Under the pieces are notes generated by a model. It ran no database searches. It was not told the DNA's origin and saw only the letters and a list, made by a program, of their open reading frames with translations. From Candidatus Levyibacteriota bacterium (GTDB lineage Bacteria; Patescibacteriota; Microgenomatia; Levybacterales; UBA12049): DNA of 64,000 nucleotides. The stretch lies in assembly GCA_003152105.1 (NCBI GenBank), contig PLZJ01000002.1, forward strand, positions 685,140-749,139, given 5' to 3'. Within the stretch, counting starts at the first letter, position 1; every line of letters begins with the position of its first letter. Shown piece by piece: positions 1-10,430 of the stretch. The translations under genes were made by a program, and so were the position numbers.

Positions 1-263
1 AAAACTGATAGTAGGCGCCGATAATAACAATGGCTGTTGCAACTATGCCTTCTCTAAAATTACCGTACCAAGTGCTAAGAACTATTGCGGGAATAAAGAT
101 AATTGGAAAAGAAGATGTACCGAACTTATCAAATAATAGTAAAGAGATGCCAATACTTACAACGCTTATGCTTATTGTAAACCCATAGGTTAAAAAGGCA
201 TTGGGATTTATAAATTTTTTTTGTAATTTTTTTAAGTCACTTATGGTTAAATTAGGTAATTCC
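1..263 (-). CDS. Membrane protein, N-terminal fragment; the gene runs off the window start
   Basis: Minus-strand ATG at 263 with an in-frame upstream stop. The translation MELPNLTISDLKKLQKKFINPNAF... is followed by two hydrophobic helices and stays open to position 1. No family recognised. Confidence 0.35.
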
Positions 264-335
264 ATAGGTAATAGTTGTATTATACCTCAAGATTAATAAA
301 TGAAAAGATGGATTGTTTAGTAAGACTCGACCTAT

Positions 336-1034
336 TTAATAGGAGACAAAGTAAGATATATGTGCATTGCTTTGTAATTTTTGTACAAATTGCTGTGTGA
401 GTGTTTGTTGTTTTTGTTGTGTTAATTGTTGTACTGCTTGAGCTCTTATAGTTGCATCATTTTCTCCCTGTGGAATTTGACTTTTGTTTGCCGCTATATA
501 GCTATCTACTTCACTGTTGCTAACTTGTATTTTACCTACCATTTTATTAACTAGCAATTGTTCTCTAACTTGTGTTTGGAAGTCTTCTTGTGACATACCT
601 TGTGAAGTTAATGCCTGTGTTAACGTTTGTCCTTGGCTTGCGAGATTTTTTTCAATTGAACTAATCTGTTTATTCATCTCATCTTGTGAAACAGAAATAT
701 GTCTTTTGTTCGCTTCTTGCATTATGAGGTTTTGAATAACAATGGAATTTAATATCTGCTTTCCACCCTCTTTTTCTAAGCGAGATATTACTTCAAATCG
801 GCTAATAGGTTGTCCATTTACGACTGCTGCAATAAATAAGCCTTTAAAATAAAAAAGTAGCGCAACTATTATTAATATAACTGCAAGTATTATTATTCTT
901 GTCTGCGAAGGTTTATATGAAATTTTTATTGTTTTATTAAATGAGGTTCCAGACTGTGTTGGTTGGCTTGAAACGAGTTTTTTGTTTTGAATGCTTTTAC
1001 TTTTGACTGTTGTTGATTTTTTTTGCTGAGCCAT
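336..1034 (-). CDS. SurA N-terminal-domain-like membrane-anchored chaperone (PpiD/SurA family)
   Basis: N-terminal TM helix, then AAVVNGQPISRFEVISRLEKEGGKQILNSIVIQNLIMQEANKRHISVSQDEM, typical of the SurA_N chaperone domain. Q-rich C-terminus. Confidence 0.55.
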   Translation of the reverse strand: MAQQKKSTTVKSKSIQNKKLVSSQPTQSGTSFNKTIKISYKPSQTRIIILAVILIIVALLFYFKGLFIAAVVNGQPISRFEVISRLEKEGGKQILNSIVIQNLIMQEANKRHISVSQDEMNKQISSIEKNLASQGQTLTQALTSQGMSQEDFQTQVREQLLVNKMVGKIQVSNSEVDSYIAANKSQIPQGENDATIRAQAVQQLTQQKQQTLTQQFVQKLQSNAHISYFVSY

Positions 1035-1084
1035 GCAAATAGTATAACATAGTTTTTTAAAATGTACACTAGTAAATTATATAT

Positions 1085-1816
1085 TTATTTATCTATATTA
1101 AATAAATTACGTAAATGTTCTACTTCTGATTTTGTCAATTTTCTCCATTTTCCAACAGGTGTATTCCCAAGTTTAATTGGTCCAAATGCAATTCTTTTCA
1201 AATCAATTAAATCTAAAGCTAGTTTTGCGCACATTCTTCTTATTTGTCTATTTCGTCCTTCATAAAGCACAATCTTTAATTGCGTAATATTTTTATGTAA
1301 AGAAATTACAGATACTTTAGCAGGTAAAGTAATTCCATCATCAAGTAATACGCCTGAGCTAAGTTCTGTGAGTTGACTTTTATTTGGTTTATTTTTTGTA
1401 GTTACAATGTAAGTTTTAGGTATGTGATATTTTGGATGTATTAATTTATGTGTCATTTTACCGTCATTAGTTAATAGTAATAAACCATGTGTATCTTTAT
1501 CTAATCTTCCAATGGGATAAATTTTACTATATGTATCTATAAAAGAAGTAACGTCTGTTCTACCCATTTCGTCTGAAGTTGTTGATACGATACCAATTGG
1601 TTTGTTGAGTAGGTAATACTCAAACTCAGTTGGCTTAATTTGATTTTCATCAATTAAAACTTTGTCAATTAATGGGTTACATTTTAATGCAGGGTCTGTT
1701 ATGCGAATGCCATTTAATGTGACGATATTATTTTTGAGAAATTTTCTTATGCCACGTCTTGATGTTATGCCTGTATTGGAAATGAATTTGTCAATTCGAA
1801 CTAATTTTGTATCCAT
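1085..1816 (-). CDS. rRNA pseudouridine synthase, RsuA/RluB family
   Basis: N-terminal S4 domain (RIDKFISNTGITSRRGIRKFL) and catalytic motif GRLDKDTHGLLLLTNDG. Confidence 0.85.
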   Translation of the reverse strand: MDTKLVRIDKFISNTGITSRRGIRKFLKNNIVTLNGIRITDPALKCNPLIDKVLIDENQIKPTEFEYYLLNKPIGIVSTTSDEMGRTDVTSFIDTYSKIYPIGRLDKDTHGLLLLTNDGKMTHKLIHPKYHIPKTYIVTTKNKPNKSQLTELSSGVLLDDGITLPAKVSVISLHKNITQLKIVLYEGRNRQIRRMCAKLALDLIDLKRIAFGPIKLGNTPVGKWRKLTKSEVEHLRNLFNIDK

Positions 1817-1828
1817 ATATGGTTCTTA

Positions 1829-2488
1829 TTATATAGTAATTAAAAAGGAAAGGAGATACATAAGTAGTATTATGCTTATATCGATAATAAGTGGTATTAG
1901 CAAATAGGTTGCTACATGGGTAAAAAGTGGATTTAAAAGAGGAAGTAAGTATAGAAGAAACAGGTTTTTTTCAAAAATAAAAAGAAATACGATACTTAGA
2001 AAAAGAAGCACAAGATAAAACGTAAGACCTTCTAGATCTTTTCGACTTGAAAACATAGAATTTGAAATAGAGAAAATTATAAATCCTAAAATTCCATACC
2101 ATAGGTAGGTATGGAAATATAAATTTGATTCTAATATATATACAAAAAGAGTGATTACTATTGTTCCGATTAAAACAGGAGCAAATCCAATAAGTGTCCT
2201 AAAAAATATATTAGAACGAGCCATTTCCACACTTCCAAGAGTGATTGCATTTCCATTAAATGTAGGAAGTAGAACAATTTTACCTGTTCTAACGAGTAGG
2301 ATTTTTGCGAATACATAATGTGCAAATTCATGAATAATGGTTCCAGGAAAGCATATAATTGATAAGAGTATCACAGTAAGCTTATAATTTTTTGTCAGGT
2401 AATAAAAAAGTTTTGACAATTTTAAAATAACTATTTTTGAAAGTAAGAAAAGTAAAACAAATTCGAAGATTAATACGATAAAGGGCAT
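1829..2488 (-). CDS. Polytopic membrane protein with HExxH motif, putative membrane zinc metalloprotease (M50/DUF3267-like)
   Basis: HEFAHYVFAKIL embedded between TM helices; 5-6 predicted TM segments. Confidence 0.4.
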   Translation of the reverse strand: MPFIVLIFEFVLLFLLSKIVILKLSKLFYYLTKNYKLTVILLSIICFPGTIIHEFAHYVFAKILLVRTGKIVLLPTFNGNAITLGSVEMARSNIFFRTLIGFAPVLIGTIVITLFVYILESNLYFHTYLWYGILGFIIFSISNSMFSSRKDLEGLTFYLVLLFLSIVFLFIFEKNLFLLYLLPLLNPLFTHVATYLLIPLIIDISIILLMYLLSFLITI

Positions 2489-2491
2489 GAA

Positions 2492-2830
2492 TTAACTAAT
2501 ATTAAGTAACTCGACTTCAAAGATTAATGTTGCAAAACCGGGTATTAGTGGATCAACGCCATATTTTCCGTATGCCAAATCGTATGGTATAGTTAATTTT
2601 CTTTTACCACCAACTTGCATGCCCAATACTCCTTCATCCCAACCTTTGATAACATATCCGACGCCAATTTTTGTTTCAAACGGTTCATCGCGATCAAGTG
2701 ATGAATCAAACTTAGTTCCATCAGTTAGCCATCCTGTATAGTGCATGAGCACTGTGTCACCTGATTTAACTTTATCTCCTTTTCCAATCTTTATTTCTTC
2801 AATTTTTAATGTTAATTGTTTGTCTGACAT
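2492..2830 (-). CDS. FKBP-type peptidyl-prolyl cis-trans isomerase
   Basis: [12 protein letters not shown]...[33 protein letters not shown]...LIFEVELL is the canonical FKBP fold signature. It lies 3 nt downstream of the previous gene. Confidence 0.85.
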   Translation of the reverse strand: MSDKQLTLKIEEIKIGKGDKVKSGDTVLMHYTGWLTDGTKFDSSLDRDEPFETKIGVGYVIKGWDEGVLGMQVGGKRKLTIPYDLAYGKYGVDPLIPGFATLIFEVELLNIS

Positions 2831-2852
2831 GGTATTAGTATAACAGGTTTTA

Positions 2853-3887
2853 TTATCCAGTTATAGCAGATACTTTAGGTATTTTATGAATGAGGTAAGC
2901 TAAGAGAAAAGATACTAGAGCAATAATAATAAAAATCACTAGCGTAAATAAAAACATTAAAAAAGAACCTTTAATATGAGCAAATAGTAATTTGCCAATA
3001 TATCTCCAAAATAATTCAAGCACCAGTACATGAATAAAAAATACAAAAAAGGATAAATGAGAAATTTGTTTTATTAGTTTAATATTCCAATGTATGTTCA
3101 TACATTTTCTGTATGTGTAAATAAAAAGTAAAATTGTATATAGTAATATACTAGGACGCCATTGTGTGTAAATGGCAAGATAATTATGTGTATGTATATA
3201 AATAAAATATCCCTCAGTTATAACCCAAATTACTGCGAGAATTAAACCTATTAGAATACGTTTATCATTTTTAACAAGTAATAAAGTGTTCGAATTTTTT
3301 GATATATACATCCCAAATACAAACATAAAATAATTAAGAAGTGCAATCGAGATTGGATTATAAAATGGTAAGGGCAGAATATAATATGTGTAAGCAACCA
3401 AAAGTACTTGTACGAACCCTAAAATAATAATTGTATTTCTTGAAAGAAAAAAGCTTTGGTATTTATGAAGTATTGGAAATAGTAAATAAAAAATTATTAT
3501 GCTTGGTATAAAATATAAATGATAGGAGGCATCGCCTGTTAATATTGTATGAGGGAGATTAATAGTATGAATTGTATAAACAAAATAATAATAAATAATA
3601 CTCCAAAAAAGATAAGGTATTACAATTCTACTTACCCTTCTTTTGAGAAATGAAATATAATGATTAGCATGTCTGTAATTTAGTTCGAGTACAAAACCTG
3701 AAATAAGGAAAAATAATGGTACTGCAAATCTAATAGCTTGATTAAATATAAATACGAAAATATATCCTGATATATCAAATTTTACGACTTCTAATATTCT
3801 TGTAGAGGTATGAATTCCAATTACCGCAAGAATTGCTACTATTCTGAGCACATCAATAACAGGATTGTAAACTTTTTGTTTATCCAT
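2853..3887 (-). CDS. Acyltransferase family 3 (membrane O-acyltransferase)
   Basis: Start [18 protein letters not shown] and about 10 TM helices, characteristic of Acyltransferase_3/OatA-like proteins. Confidence 0.6.
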   Translation of the reverse strand: MDKQKVYNPVIDVLRIVAILAVIGIHTSTRILEVVKFDISGYIFVFIFNQAIRFAVPLFFLISGFVLELNYRHANHYISFLKRRVSRIVIPYLFWSIIYYYFVYTIHTINLPHTILTGDASYHLYFIPSIIIFYLLFPILHKYQSFFLSRNTIIILGFVQVLLVAYTYYILPLPFYNPISIALLNYFMFVFGMYISKNSNTLLLVKNDKRILIGLILAVIWVITEGYFIYIHTHNYLAIYTQWRPSILLYTILLFIYTYRKCMNIHWNIKLIKQISHLSFFVFFIHVLVLELFWRYIGKLLFAHIKGSFLMFLFTLVIFIIIALVSFLLAYLIHKIPKVSAITG

Positions 3888-3908
3888 ACATTACTTAATT
3901 ACCAAGAT

Positions 3909-4370
3909 TTATTGGAGCTTTTCTATCTTAGTTATGGTGTAAGTGAGTACACCAGAGGGTGTTTTAATAGTAATTAAATTATGTAAAGATTTTCCAAGCA
4001 TTGCTTTACCAAGAGGTGATACATTTGAAATACTATTTTTGCTAGGATTTGCTTCGATATTCCCAACAATAGTAAAAGTTTTTTCTGATTTATCGTTTAT
4101 TATAGTAACTGTATCTCCCATTGTAATATGAGCAGATTGAGAAGGAAGAATGATATGAGCATTTGAGATCATTGTTTTTAGTTGTCGAAGTCTCCTATCA
4201 ATACCTGATAATTTAAATCGTGCGGATTTATAAAATCCGTTTTCAGATAAGTCACCAAGTTCTCTTGCAGTTTTTAGTTCAATTACTGCCTTTTTTCTAT
4301 CTAGAAGTAAGGTTGAGAGTTCCACTTGTAATGTTTCTAGTCCTTTTTGCGTAAAAAAATACTTTTTCAT
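3909..4370 (-). CDS. greA: Transcription elongation factor GreA
   Basis: N-terminal coiled-coil LETLQVELSTLLLDRKKAVIELKTARELGDLSENGFYKSARFKL and C-terminal FKBP-like domain; 153 aa. Confidence 0.85.
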   Translation of the reverse strand: MKKYFFTQKGLETLQVELSTLLLDRKKAVIELKTARELGDLSENGFYKSARFKLSGIDRRLRQLKTMISNAHIILPSQSAHITMGDTVTIINDKSEKTFTIVGNIEANPSKNSISNVSPLGKAMLGKSLHNLITIKTPSGVLTYTITKIEKLQ

Positions 4371-4503
4371 TTTGCATACATAGTACTTGCTATAATACCA
4401 TAAAATGTTTAGTTAAAAAAAATGTCGATATTTTTATAACAATTAAATGGCTGAAAGTAACAATAAATTGTAATATGGAGGAATTGTTCTATAATAGAAT
4501 ACT

Positions 4504-5301
4504 ATGAATCAATTAAGACTTTGTACATGGAATATTAATTTAGGTGAAGATAGAGATCAGCTTATAAAATCTATGCAAGGCCCATCTGATTTTAAAAATT
4601 TAGATGTAATGCTTTTACAGGAAGCATCAGTTAAAAGTATGGACGACGCAAAGTTAATTGCTGAAAAGTTAGGAAAAGATTTTGTGCATCACCAAGTGTA
4701 TGTCCAAACACCCACATTTAAATGGTATTCGACGAAAAGAAAAGTAAAGGGAATACCTCAATCAAGTGCATTTATATGGAATAAAAAGACATTTATAATG
4801 AAATCAATTGATGAGTTTTTACTTCCTCCCTACAATAATAAAAAAATGTCACCATATGGCAAAGCAATATATCATTTATCTTCCACGCAACAACGAAAAT
4901 GTATCGTTATCGAAGGGATGTTTAATGGGAAATCAATTAGAATATATAATGTACACTTTGATGTTTTGGGGCCTGTAACAAAAACTAAACAGCTTGAAGA
5001 AATTCTTCGAGATAGTACTAATAGATCTATCGTAGACACTGAAATTCTTGCAGGAGATTTTAATACATATCGATTTTTAAAAAGACCAACTTGGAAGAAA
5101 TTAAATGCAATAACAAAACGTGATGGATTTATCGAATTAACTAGTGATATTAGATGGACTTTTGCCGATAAGAAAATTCCAATAAAGCAAAAATTGGACG
5201 CAATTTTTATTAAACATAAATTACCGCTTCACTTTAATTCATGGGCACTTGATATTATAGGGTCTGACCACTTACCTGTTTTTGCAAATATAGATTTTTA
5301 A
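4504..5301 (+). CDS. Endonuclease/exonuclease/phosphatase (EEP) family protein
   Basis: LCTWNINLGEDRD at the N-terminus, LLQEASVK, C-terminal GSDHLPVFANIDF (EEP catalytic His/Asp motifs). Confidence 0.75.
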   Translation: MNQLRLCTWNINLGEDRDQLIKSMQGPSDFKNLDVMLLQEASVKSMDDAKLIAEKLGKDFVHHQVYVQTPTFKWYSTKRKVKGIPQSSAFIWNKKTFIMKSIDEFLLPPYNNKKMSPYGKAIYHLSSTQQRKCIVIEGMFNGKSIRIYNVHFDVLGPVTKTKQLEEILRDSTNRSIVDTEILAGDFNTYRFLKRPTWKKLNAITKRDGFIELTSDIRWTFADKKIPIKQKLDAIFIKHKLPLHFNSWALDIIGSDHLPVFANIDF

Positions 5302-5309
5302 TTATATGT

Positions 5310-5717
5310 ATGTTTAAAAAAAAAGATCTTGATCCTCTGTTTGTACCGCTTTATAACGCTTTCGAAGGTAAATTATTGGGAACAAATTGGTTAAAGCAAT
5401 GCGTCTGCGAAACAATCTATAAAATGCCAATTGCAATACAGTCATTTATAACCCAAAACTGTTGGTTTATGGGTTCAATTGATGATGCATGGGCATTTAC
5501 CTTTACAGGAAATGATTTAAAAAACCAACATTTAATTTTTTTAAGTGATGATTTGCTTTTACAAGAAAAAGATCAAATAACATTTACCATTGCACATGAA
5601 ATTGGACATGTAATTTTAAAACATCGTAATTCGACTCTTGTTAAACAATCAAAAAATGAAATTAATAGACAAGAAAAAGAAGCAGATGATTTTGCTAAAG
5701 AATTTGTTTCATTATAG
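5310..5717 (+). CDS. Small HEXXH zinc-metallopeptidase-like protein (ImmA/IrrE / DUF955-like)
   Basis: HEIGHVILKH followed about 25 aa later by EKEADDFAKEF, matching the ImmA/IrrE HExxH...E.EAN.FA pattern. 135 aa. Confidence 0.45.
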   Translation: MFKKKDLDPLFVPLYNAFEGKLLGTNWLKQCVCETIYKMPIAIQSFITQNCWFMGSIDDAWAFTFTGNDLKNQHLIFLSDDLLLQEKDQITFTIAHEIGHVILKHRNSTLVKQSKNEINRQEKEADDFAKEFVSL

Positions 5718-5776
5718 TTGCAGCCTAGGATTTGCTTAGCTTGTAATCTAGCCTCGATTTCTGTACAATAAAAGCT

Positions 5777-8605
5777 ATGCTTAAACCAGTTTCTCCAGAA
5801 ATTAATTTTCCCAAACTTGAAGAAGAAATACTAAGTTATTGGAAAGAAAATAATATATTTGAAAAATCCATTGCAAACCGTTCTGATACAAAAAAATGGA
5901 CTTTTTTAGATGGACCTCCTTTTATTACAGGTATGCCCCATTATGGCACGCTTCTTGCAAGCTTACCTAAGGATTTATTTGGTAGATATTGGACTATGAA
6001 GGGATATAAAGTGCGAAGAGTTTGGGGATGGGATTGCCATGGTCTGCCAGCTGAAAACAAGGTCGAAGTTAAATTAGGTATTAAAAGTAAACGAGAAATC
6101 GAAGAAAAAATAGGAGTTAAAAAATTTATTGAAGAATGTAAGAAATATGTTTCCGAAGTATCTAGTGAATGGGAATGGTATGTAGATCACATCGGAAGAT
6201 GGGTAAATTTTAAAGATGCTTATAAAACAATGGATACTCCTTACATGGAATCAGTTATGTGGGTATTTAAGCAGATGTATGACAAAGGGTATATTTATAA
6301 GGGCTTGCGAGTCTCTTTATACTGTCCGCACTGTGGAACTCCTATTTCTAATTTTGAAGTCGCAATGGATGCCGATAATCATAAAGAAATACAAGACTTT
6401 GCAACAACATATAAGTATCAATTAGAAAACGAAAAAGATACATTTATTTTAGCGTGGTCGACAACCCCTTGGAATAAGATAGTTACACCTGCTCTTGCGA
6501 TAAATCCTTCATTTACATATGTAAAAGTTAAACAAGGAAATGAATATTATATTCTTGCAAAATCAACACTTAAGCACCTAAATAAAGAGCCAAAATATGA
6601 AGTAGTTGAAACAATAAATGGCAAAGATTTATTAGGAAGAAAGTTTGTTCCTCATTATGATTATTATCCTATTGAAAAGGGAGAAAAGAGTTTCGAGATA
6701 GTTGGTGGAGATTTTGTTACTGCTGAAGAGGGAACTGGGGTTGTTACTATTGCTGCTTACGGAGAAGAAGATTTAAAGCTTATGAAAGAACAAAATATTC
6801 ACATCGAAACACATTTAGATGACGAGGGAAACATTAAGGAGAATGTTCCATTGTTCGGTGGCTTATATTATTTAAAGGCTAATAAATTTGTCAACGAAGA
6901 TTTAACTAAAAGAGGTTTAGTCTATAGAGATGAACAATTATTACATACAGTACCGCTTTGTTGGAGATGTCATACCAGATTGTATTTTGCTCCTCAAAAT
7001 GCATGGTTTGTGAATATTCAGGAATTAAAACCAATGCTTAAAGAAACTAACGAATCAATTAACTGGTTTCCAAAGCATTTTAAGTACGGAAGGTTTCTTA
7101 AAAGTTTAGAAAATGCCCCAGACTGGAATATTTCAAGGTCAAGATATTGGGGCTCGCCAGTGCCAGTTTGGGAATGTGAGTGTGGTGAAAATATAGTCCC
7201 TGGTTCAATTAAAGAACTTGAAAAATTATCTGGGAAAAAAATAACTGATCTGCATAAGCCAGGTATTGATGAAATAGTAATCAAGTGCCAAAAATGTGGC
7301 AAGAAAGCACATCGGGTTCCTGAAGTATTAGATAGTTGGATTGAAGCAGGATCTGCATCATTTGCAGAAAGACATTTTCCATTTTCAGGAAAAGATAAAT
7401 TAGAGGATTTTTTCCCACCTGACTTTATTGTTGAATATACTGGTCAAATCAGAGCATGGTTTTATGTACTTCATGTAATAGGTGGAGCTCTTTATACTTC
7501 TAATTCATTTAAGAATGTTGGAGTTACAGGTGTTATCTTAGGTACAGATGGTAGGAAGATGAGTAAAAACTTCGGGAATTATCCTGATCCAAAAGAAATG
7601 CTTGAAAAATTCGGAGGAGATGCTCTCCGTTTATATTTAATGGGTTCGCCTGTGATGCATGGAGAGGATATTATTATTTCTGAAGAGCAGTATAGAAATC
7701 AAGTTAGAGGAACAATGCTTATTTTATGGAATATATATAACTTTTTCATTACCTACGCACAAATGGATAATTGGAACCCAGCAACAATAAAAAGCGATAA
7801 ACAAGTTAGTACAAATGTACTTGATCTTTGGATTTTATCTTTACTTTCGGAACTTGGAGGTTTATTAACAAAGAGCTTAGATAATTATGACACGGTAACA
7901 GCTATTGACCATATTAAAGTATTTATTGACCAATTTTCAACATGGTATATACGACGAAGTAGGGAAAGAACAGGTATATTTGCACAAAACACAAAAGACA
8001 AAACGTTTTTTTATGACACTACCTATACAGTACTTACTTCGCTATGTAAATTATTAGCACCATTTACTCCATTTCTAACGGAAAGTATGTTTAGAAATTT
8101 AACTGATGAAGAATCGGTGCATTTACAAGATTGGCCTGAAATTGATAAAAAGTTTAAAAATGAAGCTTTAGAAACTGAAATGAAGCATGGTATAGAACTT
8201 GCTTCATTATTACTTATGCAAAGAAAACAATTTACTCTACCAGTTAAAATTCCAATCCGTAAAATAACATATAAAGGGCCGATTGCTATTGAAAGAGCAA
8301 TTAGTAGTGTTATACAAGCAGAGGTAAATTGCTATGAACTTACGTATTTGGGAAAGAGCGATAAATACGAATTACCAAATGGAAAGAAAGAGTTTACTGA
8401 TTTGGAAAATCAAGATCAGGTGGCGGGAAATGTAAGAGATATAATTAGAAAAATACAATCTGAAAGAAAAAAATTAGGAACTACTTTCACAGAAAAAATT
8501 AATGTTTCTCTTGAGCAGTGGCCAAAAGAATACGAAGATGAAATAATGAAAAAAGCTAATATATCTACTCTCACAAAAGGTCAGTTTAGTGTGTCTCGTT
8601 TATGA
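5777..8605 (+). CDS. ileS: Isoleucyl-tRNA synthetase
   Basis: Class I aaRS. GWDCHGLPAE is the IleRS-specific motif; KMSKNFGN is the KMSKS motif. The HIGH region reads PHYGT. Internal Cys clusters CPHCG, CWRCH, CECG...CQKCG. 942 aa. Confidence 0.9.
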   Translation: MLKPVSPEINFPKLEEEILSYWKENNIFEKSIANRSDTKKWTFLDGPPFITGMPHYGTLLASLPKDLFGRYWTMKGYKVRRVWGWDCHGLPAENKVEVKLGIKSKREIEEKIGVKKFIEECKKYVSEVSSEWEWYVDHIGRWVNFKDAYKTMDTPYMESVMWVFKQMYDKGYIYKGLRVSLYCPHCGTPISNFEVAMDADNHKEIQDFATTYKYQLENEKDTFILAWSTTPWNKIVTPALAINPSFTYVKVKQGNEYYILAKSTLKHLNKEPKYEVVETINGKDLLGRKFVPHYDYYPIEKGEKSFEIVGGDFVTAEEGTGVVTIAAYGEEDLKLMKEQNIHIETHLDDEGNIKENVPLFGGLYYLKANKFVNEDLTKRGLVYRDEQLLHTVPLCWRCHTRLYFAPQNAWFVNIQELKPMLKETNESINWFPKHFKYGRFLKSLENAPDWNISRSRYWGSPVPVWECECGENIVPGSIKELEKLSGKKITDLHKPGIDEIVIKCQKCGKKAHRVPEVLDSWIEAGSASFAERHFPFSGKDKLEDFFPPDFIVEYTGQIRAWFYVLHVIGGALYTSNSFKNVGVTGVILGTDGRKMSKNFGNYPDPKEMLEKFGGDALRLYLMGSPVMHGEDIIISEEQYRNQVRGTMLILWNIYNFFITYAQMDNWNPATIKSDKQVSTNVLDLWILSLLSELGGLLTKSLDNYDTVTAIDHIKVFIDQFSTWYIRRSRERTGIFAQNTKDKTFFYDTTYTVLTSLCKLLAPFTPFLTESMFRNLTDEESVHLQDWPEIDKKFKNEALETEMKHGIELASLLLMQRKQFTLPVKIPIRKITYKGPIAIERAISSVIQAEVNCYELTYLGKSDKYELPNGKKEFTDLENQDQVAGNVRDIIRKIQSERKKLGTTFTEKINVSLEQWPKEYEDEIMKKANISTLTKGQFSVSRL

Positions 8606-9684
8606 GTAATTCATTATTTTCATTGCGTACTGTTGGCTTGATAATTCCTGCATTGATTTTAATACTTTTTGGTTTAATTGCTCTTTTTTTTATTAACACA
8701 GGGTATTTTAGAAATCAAATTTTTTTTGTTATTATTGCAATTATTGCTTATTTTATAGCCTCACGCTCTAATATTTGGGCAATTAAATTTTATTTATTAC
8801 CAATGTATTTAATTTCCTTATTTTTGCTAGCTTTAGTGTTTTTTCTGGGATTTGAAAGTAGAGGAGCAGTTCGTTGGATAAGTTTACTCGGGGTTAGTGT
8901 ACAGTTTTCAGAAATTCTAAAGCCATTTCTGGGAGTTTCTCTCGCTTTTTTTCTTGCAAGGTGCACATCGCGATCCTTTTTTTCATTTTGCGCACTTATT
9001 GTATTATTACTGCCAATAGTGTTTCTCATTGCAATGCAACCTGATCTAGGAAGCGCGCTCATTTATTTATTTGTTGTATTATTTACACTTTTGGTTTTTG
9101 GTTATCCAATATGGTGGTTTTTGGCAGGTTTATTCTTGCAAGCTCTCCTGTTTCCAATCTTTTGGCATTTCCTACATTCTTACCAACAACAAAGATTACT
9201 AACTTTTATTCATCCTTCAAATGATCCGCTTGGTTCATCATATAATGCAATTCAATCGGTAATTGCTGTTGGGTCTGGTATGTTTGCTGGTAACGGGATA
9301 GGAGAAGGTACTCAATCTACGTTGCGTTTTTTACCAGAACGACATACTGATTTTATATTTGCAACGCTTTCGGAAGGTTTAGGATTTATAGGATCAGTGT
9401 TAATAATTGCAACTTTTTTATTCTTACTTTATAAAGTATATAAAATATTTACATCTGAAAATGAAGGGTTTGCTAAAAACTTGGCAATTATTACATTTGC
9501 AATTCTACTTTTCGAATTTTTTATTAATCTAGGTATGAATATTGGTTTACTGCCTGTAGTTGGTGTTCCTCTTCCTTTTGTTTCTTATGGCGGAAGCGCC
9601 ATGCTTTCAAACTTTATATTACTTGGATTTTTAACATCAGCAACAAATACTGCCAAAACAACACATTCGCTGGAAATTAAGTAG
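8602..9684 (+). CDS. FtsW/RodA/SpoVE (SEDS) family peptidoglycan polymerase
   Basis: About 10 TM helices and PERHTDFIFATLSEGLGFIGS, the SEDS signature. Start overlaps the ileS stop (ATGA). Confidence 0.8.
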   Translation: MSNSLFSLRTVGLIIPALILILFGLIALFFINTGYFRNQIFFVIIAIIAYFIASRSNIWAIKFYLLPMYLISLFLLALVFFLGFESRGAVRWISLLGVSVQFSEILKPFLGVSLAFFLARCTSRSFFSFCALIVLLLPIVFLIAMQPDLGSALIYLFVVLFTLLVFGYPIWWFLAGLFLQALLFPIFWHFLHSYQQQRLLTFIHPSNDPLGSSYNAIQSVIAVGSGMFAGNGIGEGTQSTLRFLPERHTDFIFATLSEGLGFIGSVLIIATFLFLLYKVYKIFTSENEGFAKNLAIITFAILLFEFFINLGMNIGLLPVVGVPLPFVSYGGSAMLSNFILLGFLTSATNTAKTTHSLEIK

Positions 9685-9707
9685 TACATTTGCTATAATA
9701 CCTCAAT

Positions 9708-10118
9708 ATGCAATATGCAATAATTCGAACCGGTGGAAAACAATATAGAGTTTCTCAAGGTGAAACAATAGAAGTTGAAAGACTAAAAGGGAAAGCAAAT
9801 GATACATTAGTTTTTTCAGACGTACTTCTTTATGTTTCTGATGGAGATTTTCAAATAGGTAAGCCTTTATTAACTGGTATTACCGTTTCTGCAACAATTG
9901 TTGATCATGCAAAAGCAGAAAAGATTAGAGTTGCTAAATATAAAGCTAAAGTTAGATTTCGACGTGTTACAGGACATAGACAACATATAACAAGAGTTAA
10001 AATTGATGGGATTGACACCAAGAGTGTTTCAAAAAAAGTTACAACAAATGAAGAGACTAAAATAATCGAGAAAAAACAAGCAACTAAATCAATAACTAAA
10101 AAGTCAATTAAAAAATAA
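9708..10118 (+). CDS. rplU: Ribosomal protein L21 with Lys-rich C-terminal extension
   Basis: MQYAIIRTGGKQYRVSQGETIEVERL is the L21 N-terminus; about 35 extra K/T-rich residues at the C-terminus. Confidence 0.85.
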   Translation: MQYAIIRTGGKQYRVSQGETIEVERLKGKANDTLVFSDVLLYVSDGDFQIGKPLLTGITVSATIVDHAKAEKIRVAKYKAKVRFRRVTGHRQHITRVKIDGIDTKSVSKKVTTNEETKIIEKKQATKSITKKSIKK

Positions 10119-10132
10119 TTGGAATTTAGTGC

Positions 10133-10161
10133 TTGACATGTGTGAAAACCCTAGATACAAT
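10133..10161 (+). promoter_or_regulatory. Sigma70-like promoter TTGACA-N17-TACAAT upstream of rpmA
   Basis: TTGACA at 10133-10138, exact 17 nt spacer, TACAAT at 10156-10161, 24 nt upstream of the rpmA ATG. Confidence 0.45.
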
Positions 10162-10184
10162 ATGATGGATTTTCACGAAACTAT

Positions 10185-10430
10185 ATGGCACATACAAAAT
10201 CACAAGGATCAGTTAAGGGAAATCGAGATTCAATTGCAAAACGCTTAGGTGTAAAGCTTTATGGCGGTCAACAAGCAATTGCTGGTAATATTTTAGTTAG
10301 ACAAAGAGGGACTAAATTTTTCGCAGGAAAAGGAGTCGGAATGGGAAGAGATTATACGTTATTCGCATTACAAGAAGGACAAGTTAGCTTTAAACAAAAA
10401 CTAGGTAAAAAAATTGTAGAGGTAAAATAA
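10185..10430 (+). CDS. rpmA: Ribosomal protein L27
   Basis: [29 protein letters not shown] is the canonical L27, with no N-terminal propeptide. Confidence 0.9.
   Translation: MAHTKSQGSVKGNRDSIAKRLGVKLYGGQQAIAGNILVRQRGTKFFAGKGVGMGRDYTLFALQEGQVSFKQKLGKKIVEVK

Noticed and set aside
517-735. Many short ORFs in the six-frame track embedded antisense in larger genes (e.g. 517-735, 1662-1907, 3943-4131, 6216-6425, 7018-7302, 8790-9062, 10723-11118, 12496-12921, 53906-54136, 58661-58969, 59466-59938, 60804-61148)
   Set aside because: Each is completely contained within a longer ORF with clear homology on the other strand or frame. None has an RBS-like context or a recognisable motif.
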